A stretch of DNA of 55,833 nucleotides from Bacteroidota bacterium (GCA_031366785.1 JANLOW010000059.1:1-55833), one strand, 5' to 3'; positions 37,992 to 47,237 are shown, numbered from the stretch's first letter. Translations and numbers: made by a program. The notes: generated by a model not told the origin, from the sequence alone.

Positions 37992-38411
37992 ATGATGAAA
38001 AAAATAATTTTGTCAACAGGACTAGCACTTTCAACAGGATTGGGATTTGCGTATTATTTATACAACAAACCTCATCAGGGAATTTCAAATGAGACTCCGG
38101 CATTTGTGCTTAAAGCAGAAACACTTGTTAGCGAATATGATGTTGATGAGAAAAAAGCAAATGCAAAATATTTAGGAAAAATAGTAGAAGTATCAGGTAT
38201 TGTTTCTGAGAAAACCAAAGACAGAACCGGCAACTACAATGTAACACTGCAAGGACCGGATCTGGCAGGGATAGGATGTGAATTTGAAAATAAAGTCCAA
38301 AATAAGTTGGCAAGTCTCAAAGAGGGTCAGGAAGTAAAAATTAAAGGAATTTGTACGGGAGTTTTAATGGATGTTGTTCTAGTAGATTGTGTAATTGAAA
38401 ATAACGATTAA
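37992..38411 (+). CDS. Membrane-anchored OB-fold (tRNA_anti-like) protein
   Basis: The ATG at 37992 gives MMKKIILSTGLALSTGLGFAYYLYNKPHQ. ANAKYLGKIVEVSGIVSEK...NVTLQG matches the Bacteroidota OB-fold protein family as I recall it. Confidence 0.7.
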   Translation: MMKKIILSTGLALSTGLGFAYYLYNKPHQGISNETPAFVLKAETLVSEYDVDEKKANAKYLGKIVEVSGIVSEKTKDRTGNYNVTLQGPDLAGIGCEFENKVQNKLASLKEGQEVKIKGICTGVLMDVVLVDCVIENND

Positions 38412-38433
38412 ACTAAAAGAGTAAACAAATTAA

Positions 38434-38994
38434 ATGAGAAAAATAATATTATCCGTTGTATTGTTGATTACTGTTTATTCAGTAAGTGGGCAGACTCGAT
38501 ATTTTACAAAAAACGGAAAAGTCTTTTTCAGTGCAACATCATCATTGGAAAAGATTGAAGCAACGAATGAAAAAGCAACAAGTATAATTGATGTTTCTAC
38601 AGGAACTATTGAATTTGCAGTACTAATGAGAGCCTTTAATTTTGAAAAGGCATTGATGCAAGAACACTTCAATGAAAACTATGCTGAATCAGAAAAATAT
38701 CCAAAAGCTGTTTTTAAAGGAACGATTACAAATATTAAATCAGTTGATAGAAATAAAAACGGTAATTATCCGGTAAAAGTAAAAGGAATGTTTACCCTAC
38801 ATGGAGAAACAAAAGAAGTTATAGTGGATTGTACATTGACTGTAAAAGACGGAAATATTATCGCAGGAAAATCACAATTTAAAATACTCTTAGAAGATTA
38901 TAAAATAGAAATCCCTTCACTTGTTAAGGATAAAATTTCAAAAGACGTTCAAATAGATTTAGATCTGAATTACGAGCTATATAAGCCTTCTTAA
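38434..38994 (+). CDS. YceI-family protein, paralog 2
   Basis: Signal peptide, then FEKALMQEHFNENYAESEKYPKAVFKGTI...FTLHGETKEV. It is collinear with the 33277-33837 product and has the same length (186 aa). Confidence 0.75.
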   Translation: MRKIILSVVLLITVYSVSGQTRYFTKNGKVFFSATSSLEKIEATNEKATSIIDVSTGTIEFAVLMRAFNFEKALMQEHFNENYAESEKYPKAVFKGTITNIKSVDRNKNGNYPVKVKGMFTLHGETKEVIVDCTLTVKDGNIIAGKSQFKILLEDYKIEIPSLVKDKISKDVQIDLDLNYELYKPS

Positions 38995-39021
38995 AAATAA
39001 CATGTGTGTTCATGTGGTAAG

Positions 39022-39068
39022 CCCTTTTGACGGAAATTTAAAACTTCCTGTTGAAGGGGTTTTTTTTA
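39022..39068 (+). terminator. Probable terminator after the YceI paralog
   Basis: Imperfect hairpin CCCTTTTGACGG...CCTGTTGAAGGGG (several G-U pairs) followed by a T8 run. It overlaps the 3' end of the convergent DoxX gene. Confidence 0.4.
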
Positions 39069-39494
39069 TTTTATTCCAAGAGAATCTAAATAATCTATTG
39101 AAAAAATATCTGATGATGGCGGCAACATTAATAGGATAAAAATTAAAAGAAGGCGCGGAAAGTAATATTGTAAATCCCACATAGGTTTCATACAACTAAA
39201 AATAAAAGCTACAAAAACCATATTGCCTGCCAAAAAAAACAGTGACATATTTTTAAATAATCCAAAAAATAAAAATAATCCGCAAACTAATTCAATGATT
39301 GATGAAATTCCAATAGCCGGTTTTAAAAGAAATGACGGAATATGAATTTTACATAATGGTTCACTAAAAGTCCTGACAACATTATTAAGCTTAACATTAA
39401 AAAGCTTATCGTACCCCTGAAAAAAAAACAAGATGCCGGTAACTGTCCTAAGTAATAAAATGGCAATTGCATTATTGAATAACTCAGTAAACAT
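39066..39494 (-). CDS. DoxX-family membrane protein
   Basis: 142 aa with four TM helices. The N-terminal LLRTVTGILFFFQGYDKLF is typical of DoxX. Confidence 0.7.
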   Translation of the reverse strand: MFTELFNNAIAILLLRTVTGILFFFQGYDKLFNVKLNNVVRTFSEPLCKIHIPSFLLKPAIGISSIIELVCGLFLFFGLFKNMSLFFLAGNMVFVAFIFSCMKPMWDLQYYFPRLLLIFILLMLPPSSDIFSIDYLDSLGIK

Positions 39495-39511
39495 AATTTA
39501 AATTTATTTTT

Positions 39512-40597
39512 TTAAAATGCTTCTTTCAAAATTACATAAATTCCACTACTTTTTTTACTAAATCCGAAATCTAACCTTAAATTTAATTTTTCCTTTTCCT
39601 GAAGTACCAATCTTAGACCAAGACCATATGCATAATGGAAATCAGAAAGTCTAAAATTATTAACATGATTACTCACTTGTCCTGCCGAAACAAAACCTGT
39701 TACTCCAAATCGCCAGAATAAATATTGACGCATTTCAGACTGAATAGCAAACATATTCTGATCCGTATAGCGCCCTTTGTACAATCCTCTCATCATTTCA
39801 GTACCTCCAAGCATTGAAAGATACCGGATCGGGGTTGGACCATGATTCGCTTTTCCTATTGCTTGAAAACCTAATACCCGATTCCTTCCTGCAGGCATAA
39901 ATTTTCTTATATCCAACAAATAGCTTGAAAAATCAAAATTACTACCTAACTGTTCAGTAAACCGTGTCAAATTAACTTCGGCAAAAACGCCAAGACTTGG
40001 AGAATATGAATTATTGCGGGTATCCCAGGTAAATAGTATTCCTGCACCTGAAGTCAGGCCGCCATTGGTGCCTTTTATTTTCTGCGAATCAAAAACGCCA
40101 CCGTCTACATATGAAAAATCAGTTATATTTTGTAATTCAAGGCTAGCACCTATAAATAAATTTTTATATAATTTAATAATATATTGCGGGTTAAAAAATA
40201 CCTGTTTTAATGCATAGTCCTCTTTTGTAAAATCAGTTGCATTGTTTCCCAATCCCCAGAATTTATCAGGATAATTACTGAAAGAACCCTGAAATCGAAA
40301 AATCCCTTTTTCTTCAGGAAAAAAAATAGTTGAACCGAGGACTATTACAGTTTGTTCACGAAGTGTATACAAGAATAGCAGATTAATATCCGAGGTTCTT
40401 ATTTTATCATCATCTTTTTTTGACTTAAAAAAAAAAGCTCCGGCGCCGCCAAAACCCCAACTGGTTTCAGGTGAACGAATAATAAAAGGAAAAGCAAGCG
40501 TACGGGAAGACACACCTTTTGGAAGAGTATCGTCCAATGCTGCAAGACAACTATTATGAAAAAAGTAAAAAATAATGAAAATACAGATCCATTTCAT
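39512..40597 (-). CDS. Omp85/BamA-type beta-barrel (surface antigen D15 domain only, no POTRA)
   Basis: Signal peptide, barrel strand periodicity, the GGTEMMRGLYKGRY (Omp85 loop-6 RGY/F-like) motif, and a C-terminal ...LKEAF. Confidence 0.65.
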   Translation of the reverse strand: MKWICIFIIFYFFHNSCLAALDDTLPKGVSSRTLAFPFIIRSPETSWGFGGAGAFFFKSKKDDDKIRTSDINLLFLYTLREQTVIVLGSTIFFPEEKGIFRFQGSFSNYPDKFWGLGNNATDFTKEDYALKQVFFNPQYIIKLYKNLFIGASLELQNITDFSYVDGGVFDSQKIKGTNGGLTSGAGILFTWDTRNNSYSPSLGVFAEVNLTRFTEQLGSNFDFSSYLLDIRKFMPAGRNRVLGFQAIGKANHGPTPIRYLSMLGGTEMMRGLYKGRYTDQNMFAIQSEMRQYLFWRFGVTGFVSAGQVSNHVNNFRLSDFHYAYGLGLRLVLQEKEKLNLRLDFGFSKKSSGIYVILKEAF

Positions 40598-40718
40598 AAA
40601 TCGTTCGCAATATAAGCGTTCGAAGTCATAAAGACGACGACTCCAAAATGATATCTTTTCGGTCCTGAAAACAATCTGAATATTTCAAATAAAAAATACA
40701 GAATTACGTTTAAGTTTA

Positions 40719-41243
40719 ATGAGGATATATATTTTTCCAATAATAATATTTTCCATCCCTTTGTTAATGTATTCCCAAACCATTCCGGAAATCAATGGTA
40801 TAACAGCAGAGAATAAGCAAATAAAAATTCCACAGGAATTAAGAGGGAAATATTCCTTGCTTTGTTTTGCTTCTTCGCAAAAAGCTCAAGCCGATCTTGA
40901 AAGCTGGCTAAACCCAATTTATCAAAAATTTATTGCAAAGACAGGATTAATGGATGATGCTTATGATTTAAATTTATTTTTTATTCCAATTGTAACAATT
41001 TCCAATACTGCATTTGCAAATTCCATGAAAAAAAAATTTATGGAAAATACACAAGCTGATTTACTTCCTAATATATTATTTTGCCGGGGAAATGAGGAAG
41101 AAATTCTTCAAAAGTTAAATATGCTGAAAAGCGATATACCCTATTTTATTTTACTTGATAAAAACGCAAAAATTATCTATCGCACAAGCGGGAGATATAC
41201 AGAAGAAAAATTTGACGCTATTGATGAATTAATTGAAATGTGA
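40719..41243 (+). CDS. Exported hypothetical protein (possibly thioredoxin-fold-like)
   Basis: Signal peptide MRIYIFPIIIFSIPLLMYSQ. No catalytic CxxC motif. Family not recognised. Confidence 0.5.
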   Translation: MRIYIFPIIIFSIPLLMYSQTIPEINGITAENKQIKIPQELRGKYSLLCFASSQKAQADLESWLNPIYQKFIAKTGLMDDAYDLNLFFIPIVTISNTAFANSMKKKFMENTQADLLPNILFCRGNEEEILQKLNMLKSDIPYFILLDKNAKIIYRTSGRYTEEKFDAIDELIEM

Positions 41244-41248
41244 AAAAT

Positions 41249-41283
41249 AGAGACAAGAATTAAGAGACAAGAGTCAAGAAAAT
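41249..41283. repeat. Array of five 7-nt tandem units (AGAGACA AGAATTA AGAGACA AGAGTCA AGAAAAT)
   Basis: Strict 7-nt periodicity starting 6 nt after the stop codon at 41241-41243. The terminal 14-mer CAAGAGTCAAGAAA is identical to 52205-52218. Confidence 0.6.
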
Positions 41284-41441
41284 GGGGTTAAGTTTCATAA
41301 TACATTTTAATAATCAATTTCTTTAGACGCAATCTCAAAAAATAACATATTAAAATTTCGACAATATAAAAGATTCAAATATGCAGACTTTAAACCTTAA
41401 AGCATTAAATTTATTTATGAAATGGTTTCTAGTTAAAATTG

Positions 41442-42608
41442 CTAAATAATTGATTTTCCATGTGTCTTATTTATTAGCCATTTTTCTAATGATGGAAAGG
41501 AATGAATAATGCTTAAGGAAGCGGCAGTAAGATTTTTATTTCCATAAATTTCCTGTAACGTTCTACCCCAGAACAGGCGACTGGAAAAAGTTGCTTTCCA
41601 CTTTTTAGCATAATAATTTTCAATCTTCAATCTTTGCAATGCATTAATATTATTTCCCTGAACTAAATTATCAATTAGAATTTCGGATAAAATTTTTGCA
41701 CCATGAATGGCCATAGACATTCCATTACCACACAAAGGAGTAATTAAACCAGCAGCATCACCGCAAAGAAAAATATGCTCTTCAATACAAGTTTTATCAG
41801 TAAACGAAATTTCATTAATTACTTCAGGCTGTTCATTTATAAAAAAAGATTTTTCAAATATAGAGCGGATATTTGGATTGGAGAATAGAATCTTTTCTTC
41901 CAATTCCCGGATATTTTTAAAATTATCATTTTTTTTTCGTTTGTACAAATAACATAAGTTGTATTTATCATCTTCTATTTTTACAATTCCGCAATATCCT
42001 CCTGAAAAATTATCAAGACCTATTTCATTTATTGGATAATTCAATTTAATATGATACTTAACACCTAAATAACCTGTATGTTTATTAATAAAAATACGGT
42101 TTAATTTTTTATCGAGTAAATCCCTTTTTCCATAGCTCCCAATTACAAATCGTGATTTAAATAAACCGACCGAAGAAGAGATTGAAAATATATCCTCATT
42201 AAAAATTATATCATTAACCCGGCAATTTTCCAAAAGTAAAGTTCCTGATTTTTGTGAAATTTCTGAAAGTGAATGATCCATGGTAAATCTGCTAATGCCA
42301 AATCCTCCCATGACAAGATCAACAAAAATATTTTTTCCGGAAGGAGCTGATATACGTAATTTATCTATCCGAGAAGCATTGTATTTAAAAGGATCAAAAC
42401 CTAATGTGTTTAGAAAACCAATAACTTCATTACTTACATATTCGCCACAGACTTTATTAAACGGATAAGATTTTTTTTCCAGAAGTAATATTTTAAACCC
42501 ATTACGCGACAACATGATTGAACAAACCAGTCCCGCCAGCCCTCCGCCAACAATTATTACATCATAGATTGTCGAATCAATATTCAGATAAGATTTTTCC
42601 TGCGTCAA
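41442..42608 (-). CDS. FAD-dependent oxidoreductase (geranylgeranyl-reductase / aromatic hydroxylase-like)
   Basis: YDVIIVGGGLAGLVCSIMLSRNGFKILLLEKK dinucleotide-binding motif and the GDAAGLITPLCGNGM motif. Confidence 0.8.
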   Translation of the reverse strand: MTQEKSYLNIDSTIYDVIIVGGGLAGLVCSIMLSRNGFKILLLEKKSYPFNKVCGEYVSNEVIGFLNTLGFDPFKYNASRIDKLRISAPSGKNIFVDLVMGGFGISRFTMDHSLSEISQKSGTLLLENCRVNDIIFNEDIFSISSSVGLFKSRFVIGSYGKRDLLDKKLNRIFINKHTGYLGVKYHIKLNYPINEIGLDNFSGGYCGIVKIEDDKYNLCYLYKRKKNDNFKNIRELEEKILFSNPNIRSIFEKSFFINEQPEVINEISFTDKTCIEEHIFLCGDAAGLITPLCGNGMSMAIHGAKILSEILIDNLVQGNNINALQRLKIENYYAKKWKATFSSRLFWGRTLQEIYGNKNLTAASLSIIHSFPSLEKWLINKTHGKSII

Positions 42609-42701
42609 TTCTTAAAAAATTTATTAAAATAAATTATCAATTACAATATTAATTTAATATTTAGAATTTCATGAACTTTGTTCTGTACTTTAATAAAAAG
42701 A

Positions 42702-43820
42702 TTACGTAACTTTTAAAATCATCGATTCCATTGTTAATCCGGGACCAAAAGCACAAGACAGAATATTTTTACCGGAATCATCTTTTGTAAGTTTTTCAAA
42801 ATATTTTTTGAGCACGAAGAATATGGTAACTGATGACATGTTTCCATATTCTTTTAAAACATTGTAAGAATAGGAGTTATCCTTTTTGGAAATATTCAGT
42901 GCTTTTTCGCATGCTTCAAGAATTTTTATTCCACCCGGATGCAATGCATACCAATCAATATTCTTCTGATTTAAGCCTGCCTTTTCAAAAAGTTTATTGA
43001 TTAGTCTTGCGATGTTTTTTTGAATAAGGGCTGGGACATACGTACTTAATTTTAAATCGAAACCAAAATCGCCAATCCGCCAGGCCATTTCGTCGATACC
43101 AGATGGTTCATATTCAGAGTAAAATTTATCGAGGATTAAACCAGTATTTTGATGATCGACATTATTATCCGAAGAGGTAATTATAGCAGCTGCTGCTCCG
43201 TCACCAAAAATAGCATTGGCGATTAACTGGTCTTGAGACATACTTTTTTGATAGTGTATTGTACAAATTTCAATTCCACAAAGTAATACAACGGCATCTT
43301 TTTGAGAAGTTACTATATATTTGGCCATTCTCAAGGCATTGATTCCGGCATAACAACCCATGAAGTTAATACATGTTCGTTCAATGCTTCGATTGAGTCC
43401 AAGTTTTTCAATAAGGCTGATATCGACACCGGGAGCTGACATGCCTGTACAACTAAATGTTATGAGATGAGTTATTTGCAAGGAATTTAAAGAGAAATTT
43501 TTTAAACAATCCTTTACGGCTTCACAACAAAGGTCGGTAGCAAAAGAATCGAATATCTCCATACGACGAGAAATTGACACCTGTTCAGATTTACCGGCGG
43601 GATGAAAAATTTTATTTTCCGGAGCATCAATATTGCCAAATTCCTCCAAAACACTGTGTCGCGATGATATTCCACTATTTCGGTACACACTTCTTAATAA
43701 AAGTCTTTCACCACGACTTATTCCATTAGCCGATTCAAGAATATAATGATGAAGTTCCTGAGAAATTTTAAAAGGAGGCACTGCAGTCCCGATCGATTGA
43801 ATAATAGCAGAATTGAGCAA
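42702..43820 (-). CDS. Type III polyketide synthase (chalcone/stilbene synthase superfamily)
   Basis: Cys-His-Asn triad in the characteristic contexts FSCTGMSAPG, ALHPGGIKIL and EYGNMSSVTIFFVL, plus a C-terminal AFGPGLT. TTG start as given in the ORF track. Confidence 0.85.
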   Translation of the reverse strand: MLNSAIIQSIGTAVPPFKISQELHHYILESANGISRGERLLLRSVYRNSGISSRHSVLEEFGNIDAPENKIFHPAGKSEQVSISRRMEIFDSFATDLCCEAVKDCLKNFSLNSLQITHLITFSCTGMSAPGVDISLIEKLGLNRSIERTCINFMGCYAGINALRMAKYIVTSQKDAVVLLCGIEICTIHYQKSMSQDQLIANAIFGDGAAAAIITSSDNNVDHQNTGLILDKFYSEYEPSGIDEMAWRIGDFGFDLKLSTYVPALIQKNIARLINKLFEKAGLNQKNIDWYALHPGGIKILEACEKALNISKKDNSYSYNVLKEYGNMSSVTIFFVLKKYFEKLTKDDSGKNILSCAFGPGLTMESMILKVT

Positions 43821-43894
43821 TGTGTCTATAAATTATATATTTTGCAATTTACTAAAATCATTTTGATTGCTTTGCATTTTTTAATTTTATTATG

Positions 43895-43920
43895 TGGGTA
43901 ATCCAATTAAGTATTACCCA
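43895..43920. promoter_or_regulatory. Perfect 8-bp inverted repeat TGGGTAAT-N10-ATTACCCA in the divergent PKS/UbiA promoter region
   Basis: Read directly from the sequence. It lies 31 nt upstream of the UbiA ATG and 75 nt upstream of the PKS start. Confidence 0.3.
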
Positions 43921-43950
43921 AACTGATACCATACCTAAATACAGAATTAA

Positions 43951-44829
43951 ATGAAAAATATATTACTGCATTTAAGATTGCCTTTCTCTTATTTTTTATT
44001 ACCTGTTTTTATTTTTGGTATAGCTCAATCTAAACATATTGACATTTTCAATTCGGTAATTCTATTTATCACATTGCACTTTTTAATTTATCCGGCCAGT
44101 AATGCTTATAACAGTTACATGGATAAAGATGTTGGGAGTATAGGCGGATTAAAAAATCCACCTCCGGTTTCTAAAGGTGTTTACTTAGCAAGCATAGTAC
44201 TAGACGTTGTTGGATTATTAATGTCATTATTAATCAATATTAAAATGTTGTTATTGATTCTCGTTTATATTTCTGTTTCAAAAGCATACAGTTGGGGAAA
44301 AATAAGATTGAAAAAATATTCAATAATAGGATGGTTGTCTGTAATTATATTTCAAGGAGGTTATACATTTTTGCTTGTGAGTATGGCATCTGAAAATAAT
44401 TTTACATTAAGCTGGTTTAATTTTCAAAAAATTGAAGGAATAGTATTATCCACAATGCTTATTGGGGCTTATTATCCATTAACACAAATTTACCAGCATG
44501 ACGAAGATAGCCAAAGAGGGGATTTCACGATTAGTTATCGTTTAGGAATACAGGGAACTTTTATTTTTTCAGTTATTATGTTTTTAATATCATTTGTTAT
44601 AGCCTATCATTATTTTAATAAATATTTTGATTCTTTTCAATTTTATATTTTTGGACTATGTCTTACTCCTGCAATTATTTATTTTTTGTATTGGTTTATT
44701 AAAGCAATAAAAAACAAAAAAGCGGCAGATTTTACTCATACAATGAGAATGACATTTTTATCTTCGACTTGTTTATTAATTGCTTTTATGATTTTATTTT
44801 ATCTTAATCATTATTCGAAATATTTTTAA
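43951..44829 (+). CDS. UbiA-family aromatic prenyltransferase
   Basis: About 8-9 TM helices and two Asp-rich loops (NAYNSYMDKDVG and YQHDEDSQRGD) at the positions expected for UbiA-superfamily enzymes. Confidence 0.65.
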   Translation: MKNILLHLRLPFSYFLLPVFIFGIAQSKHIDIFNSVILFITLHFLIYPASNAYNSYMDKDVGSIGGLKNPPPVSKGVYLASIVLDVVGLLMSLLINIKMLLLILVYISVSKAYSWGKIRLKKYSIIGWLSVIIFQGGYTFLLVSMASENNFTLSWFNFQKIEGIVLSTMLIGAYYPLTQIYQHDEDSQRGDFTISYRLGIQGTFIFSVIMFLISFVIAYHYFNKYFDSFQFYIFGLCLTPAIIYFLYWFIKAIKNKKAADFTHTMRMTFLSSTCLLIAFMILFYLNHYSKYF

Positions 44830-45212
44830 AAAAAAGTACAATCAGCAAAAATCTTATTTTGTAATGAATTGCTTCTAGGTTTTAAATAAGGCAGGTTTCT
44901 TAATTGAGTTGAATTGTTCAAAAAACTTCTAATTATATCTATAATATTAAAATAAACCATAAAAGGTATAAAATACTTACAGAAATTAAAATTATATAAT
45001 GAAAGGTTTTAGTTAAAAACGATTGAAATTTTCAGAAAAAATGACTGAATTATCAAAAATTCTATAAATAACAGGACTTTCTAAATGACCAATAATTCCA
45101 AAACAGAGGATTTTTATGAAAAGCTTACAAATGTAATTTACCAGTACAAAGCCAATTATTTTAAATAAGATATAAGCGTAAAATTCGGTGGATTAAAATC
45201 AATAAAATAAAA

Positions 45213-46046
45213 ATGGGATATTACCTACCACCAAAATCGTATCTTAGGCCAAAGCCAAGAGTAAATTTAAAACAAAAAGCAATAGCAATAACTGCAGCCA
45301 GTATTATGCTATTAGTTTCTGGAATTATTTTTACGACATTTCATTTTGAAAGCATTAATGCTAATGCTAATGTAGAAGTTAAAAATAAAAAAACCGAAGT
45401 GATTATACCTATTCCTTTGGTTAATACTAATCCTGTAATTGCAGAAAGAGAACATATTATTGAAGGTGATATGCGATTTCCTGTTCAGCTTGCATATTTC
45501 AAAGTTATTAAAGAAATACATTTCATTGAATTGAAGTGGTCAACGACGTTGGAATATAAAAACCAATATTTTATTATCGAAAAATCCAGTAACGGAACTA
45601 ATTTTAAGGAACTAGGAACTGTAGAAAGTAAAAAAAGTAATGAAAAGAGCTCTGATTATTCATTTGTTGATAATGACCTAAGTGAAGGAGTTATATTTTA
45701 CCGATTACGACAAGTATCAAGTGATGAAAAGAGTACCTATATAGCTTTAGAAAAAATAATTTTAAATAGTGCAAATGAAGATCTCACATTATATATAGAA
45801 GATGTAGGTCCTCAACCTTTTGAAAAGTATTTCAATATTAACTATTTTACTGATAGAGATGGTGGAATATCAGTAGAGCTATTTGATAAAAGTGGAAAGA
45901 AGATTTATAAAACATATACAGAAGCCAATCAAGGATATAATACTTGCAGATTTATTGAAGGACAGAAATTAACTGATGATGAGTATACTGTTAGAATTGC
46001 AAATTCAGCAGGTGCTTATGTAAAAAAAATAAAAAAGAGAGGATAA
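45213..46046 (+). CDS. Membrane-anchored hypothetical protein with Ig-like module and T9SS-CTD-like C-terminus
   Basis: N-terminal TM segment (AIAITAASIMLLVSGIIFTTF). A module LKWSTTLEYKNQYFIIEKSSNGTNFKELG...YSFVDNDLSEGVIFYRLRQV that is common in Bacteroidota surface proteins. The C-terminal ~80 aa (ISVELFDKSGKKIY...YTVRIANSAGAYVKKI) resemble Por_Secre_tail. Confidence 0.55.
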   Translation: MGYYLPPKSYLRPKPRVNLKQKAIAITAASIMLLVSGIIFTTFHFESINANANVEVKNKKTEVIIPIPLVNTNPVIAEREHIIEGDMRFPVQLAYFKVIKEIHFIELKWSTTLEYKNQYFIIEKSSNGTNFKELGTVESKKSNEKSSDYSFVDNDLSEGVIFYRLRQVSSDEKSTYIALEKIILNSANEDLTLYIEDVGPQPFEKYFNINYFTDRDGGISVELFDKSGKKIYKTYTEANQGYNTCRFIEGQKLTDDEYTVRIANSAGAYVKKIKKRG

Positions 46047-46064
46047 AACCTCGTTATTAATGAC

Positions 46065-46099
46065 AAAAAAAGAGGAAGCTACAATCTTCCTCTTTTTTT
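46065..46099 (+). terminator. Rho-independent terminator
   Basis: A6-AGAGGAAG-ctacaat-CTTCCTCT-T6. Confidence 0.65.
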
Positions 46100-46151
46100 G
46101 TGCCTATGAATTAAAATTATCTATTTTTGAGTTTATTCTTTAAACCAAAAA

Positions 46152-47237
46152 ATGAATTCAATAAAAAATCAATGGGAATATAATATTGCTGTAAAGTTGT
46201 TTATTTTTCTCGCAGTTTTGACAATTTTAATTATTGGAAAAGATCTATTAATTCCTTTAATGATTGCAATTTTTTTTACTTTTCTATTGTATCCAATATC
46301 AAGAAAACTTGAGTCATTTAAAATTCCCAGAGCTTTATCTATTATTGTCAGCATTTTATTATCAATTATAATATTTGGTGCGCTTATTTATTTTTTCATT
46401 GATCAGTTAAATAGTTTTTCTAAAGATTTACCACAGCTAAAGAATCAAATAGCATTAAAAGGGAGCAGAATTCTGGAATGGATAGAATTGCGAACAAATA
46501 TTTCCCAGGAAAATCAAATTTTCTGGTTGAAAGAAAAAGCTGTTGATTCGGCAAAATCAAGTCCGGAGATGCTGATGGGAATTTTTACATCTACAGGTTC
46601 TTTTATAGCTTCACTTGCTTTAATTCCATTCTATATTTTCTTTCTAACTTATTTCCGTGAAAAATATAAACGATTTATTATTCTGGTGGCTGAAGAAAAT
46701 AATAAAAAAACAATTGAAATAATTAAAAAAATTTCTCTCGTATCAAGAAAATATTTAAAAGGAATTTTTCTTGACGTACTTATATTATCTATATTGGGAT
46801 CGATTGGTTATCTTATATTGGGGATTGAACATGCAATACTTTTTGCTGTAATCGCGGCAATGTTAAATATCATTCCATATATAGGCGTTTTAATTGGAAG
46901 TTTATTGCCTGTAATAATGGCTTTAATTACAAAAGATGATATTGGTTATGCATTTGGTGCAGTTGGTGTTGCTGTTTTTGTACAAATGATAGATAATAAT
47001 TTTATTTCACCTTACGTGGTTGGTTCAAGTGTGAGTATAAATCCATTGACAGCAATAATTGCACTAATTATTGGCGCACTGGTTTGGGGAACAGCAGGAA
47101 TGATTTTATCTATTCCATTAACAGGAATGTTAAAAGTTGTTTTCGATAATATAGATTCATTAAAACCTTATGGTTACCTGATAGGTGAAGAAGTAAATTA
47201 TCTGGAGAAAGGATTTTTTCATAAAGGGAAAAAGTGA
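46152..47237 (+). CDS. AI-2E family transporter (PerM-like permease)
   Basis: 8 TM-like helices. The C-terminal LNIIPYIGVLIG...ISPYVVGSSVSINPL motif is typical of the family. Confidence 0.8.
   Translation: MNSIKNQWEYNIAVKLFIFLAVLTILIIGKDLLIPLMIAIFFTFLLYPISRKLESFKIPRALSIIVSILLSIIIFGALIYFFIDQLNSFSKDLPQLKNQIALKGSRILEWIELRTNISQENQIFWLKEKAVDSAKSSPEMLMGIFTSTGSFIASLALIPFYIFFLTYFREKYKRFIILVAEENNKKTIEIIKKISLVSRKYLKGIFLDVLILSILGSIGYLILGIEHAILFAVIAAMLNIIPYIGVLIGSLLPVIMALITKDDIGYAFGAVGVAVFVQMIDNNFISPYVVGSSVSINPLTAIIALIIGALVWGTAGMILSIPLTGMLKVVFDNIDSLKPYGYLIGEEVNYLEKGFFHKGKK

Noticed and set aside
45085-45168. 27-aa ORF (MTNNSKTEDFYEKLTNVIYQYKANYFK) in the 383-bp spacer upstream of 45213
   Set aside because: It is short and hydrophilic, with no promoter or conservation evidence available. 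It cannot be distinguished from a chance ORF in AT-rich DNA.
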